Origin: Ruditapes philippinarum
Lineage: Eukaryota
Length of the DNA: 64,000 bases
Reading direction: 5' to 3'
Assembly (NCBI RefSeq): GCF_026571515.1
Contig: NW_026864022.1
Span: 124,001 to 188,000 of the forward strand
Shown piece by piece: positions 48,510 to 59,879 of the stretch. How positions within the stretch are numbered: the stretch's first letter is position 1; the number at the start of each line of letters is the position of its first letter. Both the position numbers and the translations under genes were made by a program. Under the pieces are notes generated by a model. That model was not told the origin of the DNA and did no database searches. It saw only the letters and a list, made by a program, of their open reading frames with translations.

Positions 48510-51500
48510 TCATGGAGTCTGGCGTCTTTTCGATGACCTAGTTTTGTCAAATCGGGCTTCCATTTCTTCCAACACTCGAGGAGTGTATCTCACAACAAGT
48601 CGAACTTTGCCTGAAAATAAAACAACAAAAAACTTTGTTTTAAAGGCCAATTATGCCAGAAAAGCTTTTATTTTCATTCTCTTTTTATTTTTGGTGTCCT
48701 ATTATGTAGACTAAATGGTCCTTATACACATTTTCATATGAACTTTGACCCCTATATGTGACCTTGACCTTAGCTACTGAGACATATTCTTTAAAAAGTT
48801 ACTCACTCACCAGTTATCTGAACAGTCTTTTGCTCCTGTTGCTATTTGGTACACTGTAAGTGATTTTAAAGTATTTTGTATGGAAGACAAAATACTAGTT
48901 TGTTTACATTTTGCTACCTTTATAACAAAAAATTAAATATCCCCCTTTACTTTTGTGAAATGTTAAGCTAAAGCATCATTAACATGTTCTAATGCTGTAA
49001 CCTTTCTAAAGAAGGAAATATTTATCTGTTTTCTAGGCATTATATAGCACCAAGTGAAATATGAACTTTTGGTGTTCACGAAATGAAATATATTTCGATC
49101 AATTCATACACAAAACTAAACAAAATGTTCTCTTCATTATATGCCAAATAACGTTTAAAAAGACATTTTGACCTAATACTAAATGAGAAGCGGGCCAAAT
49201 AATAATACAATGTGACATCATTTACAACGTCATGTGAGTAAGTTGGTTTCCAGTTCTGTGCACGCTGGTTTTTCACTGAAACAACGCAACAGGCTTAAAT
49301 TTAAAACAGTGAAAATTATCAAATTGATAATTTCGCTGTTTGAAACAGTAAAATAACAGTTTTTTATTTCTCTGATGTATTTCAATAAACTACCGCCAAA
49401 AAACATGTAATAAATGCCTTTAACCCCCATATTGCTGATCTTGTTCTCAATGGATTCATCCTGCTCAGATTTATTATCAAAGTACATAAAATGAGCTACA
49501 TGTACTAACAATAAAGAGCTTATGTGGGCAAGTCTGATTCTATACTGATGGCAAAGGCTGAGCACTCGAAAATCAAGTAGGTTCAGAAATTTTTTTCAGC
49601 TAATTCCTCCTGCATTATGTACACTTTTGGCTTGACTTTTAAGATATCTATGTGAATATTACATAGAAAATCTTCAACAATCTTTACAACGAAAAATTTT
49701 CAAACTTAATTGTTCCCTGGACAAAGGCACTTAAAAATACATGCTGACAAAAACTAATGAGTTTACAGTAATTTTGTATTATATTTACCTTGTGCCTGTT
49801 TTAGAAGTTCGACAGCTTTCTCATGATGTTCCCCTTCCACACTCTGAAATATTTAATCATCATGTACCATAAATTTGTGTTCAAAGACAAGAAGGTCGTA
49901 ATTGATCACCATAATTCTTTAATAAATTAGTATTTCTTAGCTGTATGTCTATTAAAATAAATAGGATGTCACTGTTAGCTCCCCATAGTTTCTGAATAAT
50001 TAATACTTAAAATAAATCTGTCTATATCACATAACTAAAGCCTTAGAATTTGAACCAAATGTTGTAAAATATGGGAATGAATAATAATGTACATGCTGGA
50101 AAAAAAAAGTGGAGTTACATATAGACAATTAGCAGAATTCTAGAGCAGGTAACTCTTAAAACAAATTTAGTGACCTCCAATTTCTTTTTTTTTTTGGTTT
50201 AAAATGTTTTTATTTTTAAAATATTCTAAGAGAAAGTAAAGTTTATTATATATTCTATTATACAGTTTTCATTCTGCTATATTTCTATATGTAACCTAAA
50301 CATTTATGCCTTAAAACCAATTATAATAGCAGTGAGGGGCAAGTGGCTAGAAAAAAATTAAATGGACAAGTCCATCTTTTTATCTGCTTTATGTCTAATA
50401 GTTATCTTGACACTGTTTTGAAACCAATTATAATATCAGTGATTTCTTTCACTGTATTTTACAGCTGAATAAAGGCCCAAAATAGGTATATTTTCCACTA
50501 TAAATGCTAATATTTTCCCCTAAAATGCCTCATGCTCTAAAAATTGCTCTTCCTTACCAGAACCATGACTTAACAGCATCTGACTTACATCAGCTAGAAG
50601 ACAGAAATCTGTCTGAAATAGATAGCCCCTGCTATACATTGTATACCATTCATATTAAATTGAATTGAATTATTTTTTATATATATAATGTTAAGGTAAA
50701 TTTCATTTTCAGTTGTTGGAATTTGATTTCAGGTTTTCCCCCTTTTCTGATTTATCGCGCTACATTTTCCCCCTCCAGAAAGCCACAGGTTGTTTTGAAA
50801 ATTGGAAAAAAAAATCACTGAATATACAAGGTAAGATAATATTAACGTACCACTCCATTAACAGATATGAGCTGGTCACCTCTCTTCAAACCTTGATGTC
50901 TGTCAGCCAGGCCCCCAGGTATAATACGTGAAATGTAAATTGGCGAGTTCTGTTCTTTTCCACCCATAACATTGAAGCCGAGACCTTCCTCTGTTTTCGG
51001 CAGCTCAACTACACGAGGGTGAGCATGACCTTCGCTCGCGGCAAAAGCTGCCACTGTTGCCTTCAATGCAGATATTAAAAATTTTAAGTGTTAAACAAAT
51101 TTTAAGTTCACTAGTACCTTATTTTTTTTTTATATACAAAACTTGCAATTCAACCTTGACCATATTAATTAAGAATCTTTATTTGCTACATAGCACTGGT
51201 ATAATGTAATGAATATTGATGTAATTCATAGAAAATATTTTAGAATCTAGTCTGACAATCACACTAGCTTGCTCTTATGTTAAAATTACATTTAATAAAG
51301 CAACAAGACTTTGTAATAGAAACATCATTTAAGTGAGTTAAATAACTGAGTATTTGCTATTTAGAAACACTATGATTAATCAGCCCTAAAGACGTTTATA
51401 GTATTAGAATATTTTACCAGTTAAAGATTTATACCCTTTAATTAAGCAAATTTTATTATATATGGTATCTTGATTCAATCTCCTGAATTTGTAGCATAAG

Positions 51501-53592
51501 ATTTTTACAGTAGGAATTCACAACCTAAAGAATTTTCTCACTTAATTCGGAAGAGGCCTAAGCCTCTTGATTTTAAAGGGAAAATTATAGCTTAATGTTC
51601 ATTTAGGAAGTAAATAAACTGGGTTGGTTCAGATTTTTGGGAAAACTGCATGATTTTTATAGAAAATTTCAATTGGGAAGAGGCCTTTTATAGGCCTCAC
51701 TTATATAAGGACGAAAATCACTGGTATAAGAAAAGTTCAGTTTGTTTCAACTTAATTCTCTTTTCTTCTCACCTTGGCTGTAGCATTGGCCCTCACTTCA
51801 GGATTACCAGAGATTTCTACCGTCTCATACACACTTTCATAAACTTCTCTCACTGCATTCAGGAAGTCACTCTGTAATACACGCTGCAAGGCTGCAAGTT
51901 TCTGGGGAGGTACCTGACCACCTGTAATATAATAATGTTCACATGAATTCACTTGCCATAATGGATTCAACTTGTTTTGCATTTATTGCAGTACAATTGT
52001 TAAATTCTCAACCAGTGTTGCATCTAGGCTGCGTGATGTGTGATTTGCACACATTTTTGCAAATCGCGCATTTTATCATTAATGAAGTCATTGCATGATT
52101 GCCATCATGTCGCGAATCAGACATTCTTTTCAACTTCATCGTATCTTTAATGCTTCAGCCATGTTTGTTTTCACTTGCAGTAATGACTTAAATACATAAT
52201 AAATTGCATGAAGCAGCTGGCAAGGTCATCTCACATGTGTATTGACGGTTTTATTTCCGCATTTTGCAAGTATTTGACTATATCTTATTAATTTTTTTAT
52301 TTTCTTCTTGAGCACATTTTGTTTTTCAAATCCTCCACATTTTTCAGTTCACTGGGGGGGGGGGGGGGGGGGGGGGGGGGGGAATCCCCCATTATTTTGA
52401 AATTCTAGATGCAACACCGCCCTCAACCTGCTGGAACAGAGCCAGGCAAGCCTGCACTAATGGAATATGATTAACAAAAGGTGCAAATTCATAAATTTCT
52501 TTTGTTTAATTGATGAATTGCAAAACTTTGCAAGTGGAAGAAAAATTTTAATTTTAGATCTGATTGCAAACAGGCAAACACTGATAAGAAATATCAATTG
52601 TATCATTAATTAAAACTGCACATGCAAATCACTAGACAAGTGTAACTACATGTATCGTTATCGTTAATTCAGCATAACTTGAAAGTATTTGAGAAGAGGG
52701 CTATATGGGACTGAAATTAGTTGAACCCCGTATCTTAAAATGTTATTTTTACAAACTCCCCAAAAACTTACTTTTCTGCAAAGCATCTAGCAGCTCTATA
52801 GCTCTGTTGATGTCTGAAATTATACAATAAATCCTGGTGTTATTTATAAAATAATGACTTTTTTATTAAACCATAGAAAAACATGCTTTATCAAAATTGA
52901 TAAATTTACATGTCAATGAATAAAAAAATCATAACATGGATCAAAACTTATCATGTTATTTCATAATTGTAAATAGTTTGGAATACTCTCGGTTATTTAA
53001 AAGTGACACTGCTTAATATATTTTGTTGTACAAAGATCCTAATACTTTTTTTGTGGCAAGAAAAAAAAGTGAACTTTAGGGCATTTCGAAATTAAGGAGC
53101 CCTGCAGTATTTCTGAAACAATCCATTTGCAAGCTGGGGTCTGACTAACATCTGGTTATTGATTTGACCTTAATGTTTCCTGATAGAAATCCTAAATCAT
53201 TTCTTGAAAGTGGAATGTCAATATGTGGCCACCCAAAGTAAAGATTTCTGAAGGTATAGGTCTGTAGGTCATATCTTTCCATTAATAAAGAATTGTTTGC
53301 TAAATATAGATATATAAAACGGTGGCCATTTAACCAAAGACAAATTTTAATTTTTTTATTTTACATTTAGAAATAAGAAATGTCAAAATTATTTAGAATA
53401 AAAAATAATCCGAAATCATTGTTTGCTTGTTGGTGTTAGATCTACTTAATTTTCGTGTTTAGCATCTTTAAATCATAATTTAAATGTTTTAGACTGTGCA
53501 TAAATGAATTATAACACAATATCGAATGTAAATTGTGTAAAATTCAATGAAATACCTCTGTCCAAGTGTAACGGTTCAGACATGGCGGCCAT
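48510..53592 (-). CDS. LIN7: Protein lin-7 homolog (Veli/MALS; L27 + PDZ), 197 aa
   Basis: Exons 53592-53556, 52813-52772, 51921-51773, 51060-50851, 49843-49789, 48610-48510 (594 nt). Translation [21 protein letters not shown]...[16 protein letters not shown]...[54 protein letters not shown]...[14 protein letters not shown]...[18 protein letters not shown] closely matches LIN7C. Confidence 0.97.
52013..52419. mobile_element. hAT-like MITE containing a G29 run
   Basis: 15-bp TIR CAGTGTTGCATCTAG / CTAGATGCAACACCG; imperfect 8-bp TSD TTCTCAAC / CCCTCAAC; poly-G at 52354-52382. Confidence 0.75.
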
Positions 53593-53804
53593 TTTTATTT
53601 TTTCACTTCCGGGTAAGAATTAATTCCCTTAAATGGTTGAAGAACGCTAAATATTTTCCCTCTCCATTTCTCTTACCTCGAATACAAAAACGGTATTTAC
53701 AAAAGAGTAACATACATATAATAATATGCAAATATTTACCAAAAAAACGAGATGTTTTACTCTTGAAATAAACGAAGAAAATGATATAGCAATAGCGATC
53801 TGCA

Positions 53805-53942
53805 GGCAATCCGGTCAACTCGTCCCCTAGTCAACTCGTCCTCTGGTCAACTCGTCACCTTTTTGGTCAACTCGTCCCCTACTTTTGGTCAACTCGTCCC
53901 TAATATGGTCAACTCGTCCCCTACGTTCGATCTATTCGTCAC
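53805..53942 (+). repeat. Array of GGTCAACTCGTCCC motifs, probably a DNA-transposon terminus
   Basis: Six near-identical copies plus one degenerate copy, separated by 2-7 bp linkers. Confidence 0.75.
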
Positions 53943-56900
53943 TATTATGTTGTAAATCAATGTCTTTAAATTTTAAGTATTTTTAATGTTTAAAATTAAT
54001 CATGAATTTGATTGGGATATCGAAATATTAAATAAAATTTAACGTTCTTTTTTTACGTTTTAAATTTTTGATCTTATTCTAACCCCAAGTGCCATAGCTT
54101 GGGATGTAAAACTTACAAAGACAGGTAAGTTTGCAAACATTCAATTAATGTTTAATTAATCGGAGTTTTAATGATAATTAAAACTAAAATTAGGTCCAAC
54201 TCTTTGATTTTTACCTCCTCCCTGAATGGATTAAAGACTGACGACAGATTAACAAATTTTATTTCCCAGGTTTATATGCCTCTTCCTCTTCACACATTTA
54301 AGATTTTTAAATAAACTCACAAGTCCACACCAAATTGATTTCTTTAATATATTATACTCAAATAATATTAATTTTCAATTAAACAAACATTTTATCTATA
54401 CGCTACGTGTTCATGAAGACAATATAAGATTTTTTTCATTAGCATTTTTTTACAAGTGCTAAGTTCATATAAACTATTTAAAGATCAAATAACCAGGCAA
54501 TAAAACCATTTTGTGAATATGTGATAACCCATGTCTAAGTTCACATGAATATTCAATGTAACATTTTCTGAATATGTAGAAAATTTAACATGTTCTAAAA
54601 GCTTGTAACAAGTTCACATGGACGGACAATTAAACAAAAGAATTGAATATATATTTACAACTTATAAAAAACAAAATATACAAACATAGCGAAAGAAAAA
54701 TTTACCTCCATTTGCAGGAAAAAAGAAGAAAATACAAGTTTAAGTAAACTATAGAAAAAGCCTGTTATTTCAGATTATTTTTTTTTATAAACAGAAGTGT
54801 TAACTAAACTTTGAAAAAACATATGCATTAAGGTTTCTATTTATATCTTGAAATTATCTAAATAAAATTAAGGTAGGCAGCTACTATTCTTGCGTAGTTC
54901 TAACAATAAATGCATAGTTCTAATAATATAGTCTTTTAGAATGTTAAAAACTAAAAAAAAACAAAGAGGAAAAAATAAAGGTTCAAGAGTGTCAGGTGGA
55001 TGTTTTTTATGTAGCTTGTTGAACGGAAAATAAACATTTAAAAGATGATGCAAACCATGATTTAGACAAAAATCACAGCATTAAGTTATATAAAGCATAT
55101 AAGTTAACAATGTACTACCAGTCCTGTGTTGGTGTAAGTGATGCTAGTGGGGCCCAAAGTCTATTAAACTTATTTAGATAGAAAGTTAGGACAGCGACCA
55201 AATGTTCTGCTTTAAAATAGGAAAAGAAATGCTTTTTTAAATAGTTGAATCAGGTACTGTCATTTTCATCAACTTTGATATATATAGAATTTAGCTAGTA
55301 TGATAAACTGGTTATTACAGATTTGTTTGTTTTGATATTACCAGGATGATATCAAGTTTTAAGACCAATCAACATTAACCACAGAAGAGGATCTTCCCCT
55401 TTGCCCCTAGTTTTTATTTCTTTTATTTACCCCCTTCGCCGGGTCTCCTGTCCCCTCCCCCCGTGCCCTTTGGCAGCTGTAAAAAGTTGCCCTGTACTTC
55501 ATTTCATTGTTGTTATATTTTTCTGGTCCCTTCTTCTTAGTGTTTGAGAATTGAGTACCGCTCAAGCCGGTGTAGGGGCGTGGGGATGTTGTACCTATTC
55601 ATATCCCTCCTGTACAGACTCATTAAAAACCGAGTCGCATTTCTCTTGTTTAATTTTTTGTTGTTGATTTTAATGCTTTTCCGAGGGAGCACTTTGGGGT
55701 TTCCAGATTTTTATCTGCATATTATTCAATCATTTATTTGTTTCCTTCGAATTCCTCATTAGTTACTAATTATTTCTTTTATGTGTGATTTTAGTGATTG
55801 GCCTGCCCATGCTTTGCCTTGTGCCCTGTCCTGTTTTTGTTTGGGGTTCCCCTGGACTCCTTGCCACAGACGATTGTTGCTGATCGTGTGGGGGTTGCGT
55901 TCATTGAATGCCACCTGTCCTTGTTGATCTTGTTTATCATATTTTTTGGTTCTGCCAGTCATTATATTTTGCCAAAATTTCATTAAAAAAGGTGGGGGTA
56001 TAGTTTCACTTGCTGTGTGAAAAAAGAAGACACAAGTCATCTTGTCGTAATCCCATTTTAAGCAAAAGTTTATTAGTGCCTAATATGCTGTGATTTATCC
56101 TATATTGAAATTATTGTAATTTAGTTTTATAGTTAAATCGTATACATATACATGTACATGCACAGTGCGTTAACTGGAGTGCAGGTATTAGTTACCCGCA
56201 CTATAGAGCATGTCCATTGATTGGTTCATTTTTGCTGGGATTTACTTAAATTGTGACGGCAGAGAAAAGGGGAAAGCGACAGAAATATTTCATATTTTTT
56301 CGGATGCTCGGTTTCATTTTTGGCTACTTTTTCCGGGGTTTCATATTGCGGAACAACAGGGACCGGGGTTTTATGTTTGACTATTGATTTAACAAAAGAA
56401 GAAAAGAACATTCAAAACCTCCCGGCAATCTGATTAATACTCGGGGGCTACGCCCCTCGTGAACAAATCAGATAGCCTCGTGTTTTCGATGCCCTTTCTA
56501 TAACATATTTTTCCCAGTCTTGATGATTGGTGTTCAAAGAAATCTCTTAACTTATTTTTGATTTAGAAAAATGTTAATGGATTTAATACACAAGTGTTCA
56601 ATAGAATATTCTGCAACCTTTTACTTGATATAAATCATTTAATCTTAATCAATAAGGGTTGTAATGGATTTAATTCTTTTATTGAATTATGGGAAATCCT
56701 TAAGGAATCTAAATATGATCTAAAAGAGTGTATGATATTATTATATCGTAAAAAGTTTGTGGTAAAGATATATTTGTTTTGAAATTCCTGTAGAGTATAA
56801 AAGTCACAAAATCATTTATAAATATTATCCCTCTGTTAAGGTAAGAATTATTAGTAAAGGATTTTCCACTTATCTTAAACTTATGATTCTACCAAACAGT

Positions 56901-57885
56901 TAGAGATAAAAATCCAATCCACGACTTTACATGTACATACTCGATTAAACCGAGTATGCAATTTTCATGTTATTTTGTTGTGATTAATGCTTCCGAGGGA
57001 TCACTTTGTTTCCAGATTGTAATATTTAAAGATTCCATATAGGAAACATAGCCTGACCAACATCTTTGCAGAAAATATTTTTAATGTCCTTTATTTTATA
57101 TTTTACATAATCAGAACTAAATTTATCATATGATTTAATAAAAGGACAAAATGTTAGTATACCACAAAATACGTCAATAAAAAGTAAATCTTTTTTCCTT
57201 AAATGGTTCTTATTTTAGATATTTGATAAATATAATATTACATTTGTGCAGCTTAATTACAAAGTTAATTGAACTAGTTGAAAAATACTGGCTGGCATAA
57301 TACAATTCTATTCAAGTATACATTCAGTGTTGAACATGAATTGTACATCTAGATATCAAACTGTGAATGGCTAAAAGAATTAAATAGAGGAAAACGGAAT
57401 CCCTAAAGAACGTCCAAAACCAACGACAAAATTGAAAGGTTTGTTTGAGCCCGTTTATGGACGGTACTGGAAAGTGCAAGTTTCCATCCGCGCCCCACTA
57501 GCACCGACTTCGGCATAAATTAAACACGAAAATGGTGAAAGTCTCACAAACTGGGTCGATAGTTGTGAAAAAACATTGATCCCAATTTCAAAAGGCTAAC
57601 GGAATCTTAAACAAAGATGATCACATATATGTGCAAGGTAAGACTATAAAACCGAAACATGTTATATATACACCGTCACTTACAATACTTTTAAAGGAAT
57701 TGATAAACTACTGTACAGTATGTTTTTTTAAGAAAAGTAACATAAACAATATAACATCCAAAGCAAACTACTAGTTTCGCTTTATTAAAAGAAACTTTAA
57801 AACATCAAACCAAAAGGTTTAGGAGGTTCCATAAATGACAAACACTCTATTTAGGATAAAAAGATATATAAAAAACAACACAATT

Positions 57886-57927
57886 TATCAAAACATGTTT
57901 CGCTTTAATAAGCTTCATCAGTTAATA
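57886..57927 (-). ncRNA. Minimal type I hammerhead ribozyme motif (Penelope-like element type)
   Basis: - strand reads TATTAA-CTGATGA-A-GCTT(ATTA)AAGC-GAAA-CATG-TT-TTGATA: conserved core, 4-bp stem II, palindromic ACATGT stem III and 6-bp stem I with one G-U pair. Confidence 0.65.
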
Positions 57928-58464
57928 TGATAAATAACAAAGGAAATGACGTAAACGTACCAAACAGACGTCTACGGTAATAGACGCCACATTTGGGGCG
58001 TAAAAGAAACGTAATTTAGTAAAATAGATCGTTTATTACTGATTTATATAATAAAATATGTACATGCGTAACTAAGACATAATTGTTTTAAACAGCACAT
58101 ACTATTTTCGAAAAGATTTACAATCAGATAACTGGATAAAAAATATATACATTTTCACAGAGAAACTAGGCTAGTAAATAAATCCATTAAGTGTGAAAGT
58201 AAAAGTTACTTATGTGAAAGTTTAGAATTTCGAAAAAACACTTGCTTTAATCACATTTTGAAATTGTAAAAAGGGAAATAATAATTTAAAAAACAGCTAT
58301 CATTTAATTTATCTTTTAAAGCTAACTATCTATCTAAATTATCTATCTATTATCTATTCACGTTAAGATATTATGTTCAAAAAATAATTAATGTTACATA
58401 TATATTTTATTTCAAATTCTATGTTAAAATGAATTATATTGTCCTTTAATCTGGTAACCATCTT

Positions 58465-58720
58465 GTGTTTAAGGTTGAAGGTGCTCGGAGAGCTGCAGTT
58501 AGGTTCATTTACAATGACATTTTCAACATTGCCTCGCCTTTTTGATCTTTATTTTCTCGAAAGTGATGAAACGAAAGTATTTATTTGCACTTTACTACAA
58601 AATTAACCATCAACTAGTCTTTGTAGAACATAAGCACCTAGTCCCACTGGAAATCTTAAAGGTCCTTAAATTATTTTCAGGTACTCAATACTTCTTTACT
58701 GGAGCTATTCACTATTGAAA
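58465..58720 (+). mobile_element. Highly decayed 3' fragment of a LINE (CR1/L2-group) ORF2
   Basis: Fragmentary translation KVEGARRAAVRFIYND...YYKINHQLV resembles the conserved QRRAARF...YKI C-terminus. Confidence 0.4.
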
Positions 58721-58748
58721 CCAAGCGGAATATCCTCTTAGGACATAT

Positions 58749-59010
58749 CCCAGATAGCATTCTATATGGGACCCATGTGGGGCCCATATGGGCACCTATA
58801 TGGGTCCCATTTGGGCTGCCCATATGGGCCCCATATAGGAAGTGCAACCGGGTTCCAAATGGGTCCCATCTGGGCAGCCCTTATACTCAATATGGGATTC
58901 ACATGGGCCCCATCTGGGCAGCCCATGTACACAATATGGGCCCCACATGGGCCCATATGGCAGCCTTGTACTAAATATGGGTTTCAAATGGGCAGCCCAG
59001 ATACTTCCAT
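58749..59010. mobile_element. Probable EnSpm/CACTA (CMC) transposon end with subterminal palindromic repeats
   Basis: Terminus CCCAGATAGCA followed by a dense array of ATGGG/CCCAT direct and inverted motifs. Confidence 0.6.
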
Positions 59011-59879
59011 TATAGGTAGATTTTGAATTCCGGGTAGATCTATTTTCAATTACTTCAATTATAAGTTTGCTGAACGTTTAGATAGCAACCGCTTGCTACA
59101 GAGCATGATTCTTGTACTTGCGTTAAATATTCAAGTTATGTTTTAACTCATTCTGTTTCCTGGAACAGACAGATTATGGCACAAAGCCTTTATGATCATG
59201 CAAGAAAACAATACACAATGTATATGCTTTAACAATGTAACTTTATTTTAGTAATCTCACTTATGGTAAGTGTATATCATATATATACAGATTCTCAATA
59301 CATTCTGTGGACGCCTGATGTCAACAAAGAAACCTTTACTTATGTAAATAAACTTAGAAAAGTGTACAATATAAAAATCCGAGTAAACTGTACATATTTG
59401 TAAATCCACAGAATTTCATTTTTGACTACATAGTTTTTAATTCAAAAATACAGAAATATTAATTATTATTCAAAAGTCCTATGTAGTAAATATTACTTTG
59501 GTACACTAAATAAGCAACATGTAATGGAAAACTGTTTATAATGTACGAACAAAATAATTAAAAATGCAGTTTTATAACATTAGATACCTTACAGATCACT
59601 ATAAGGAAAAATGAAACTTATGCTAGACACTGGTAAAACTTTACAGAAGGTCTTTGGAACTCCAAGAAATATATGTGTATAATGTTTAAATTTCAGTGAA
59701 TCAACACGTATAACCCCAAATGTCTTTTTAACTTTCTACATAATTCATAGAAAAAGTATTATACATTTACTGTAATTCATTACAAATTTCTATCTACCAA
59801 TTACTTTCATTTTCAAATGATATAGATCTACATCAATTAATATAAAAAGTTGTTCATTACAACCATGTATTACACTTTG

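Noticed and set aside
1-53592. A functional cluster linking the decarboxylase, GPCR and LIN7 (neuro-signalling theme)
   Set aside because: Adjacent animal genes in mixed orientations need not be co-functional; nothing in the sequence supports co-regulation.
53805-53942. CRISPR-like array
   Set aside because: Eukaryotic context, 14-bp repeats with 2-7-bp linkers rather than unique ~30-bp spacers, and no cas genes.
58762-59026. Overlapping Gly/Pro/Trp-rich ORFs on both strands
   Set aside because: Produced by the palindromic ATGGG/CCCAT repeat array; no splice or homology support.
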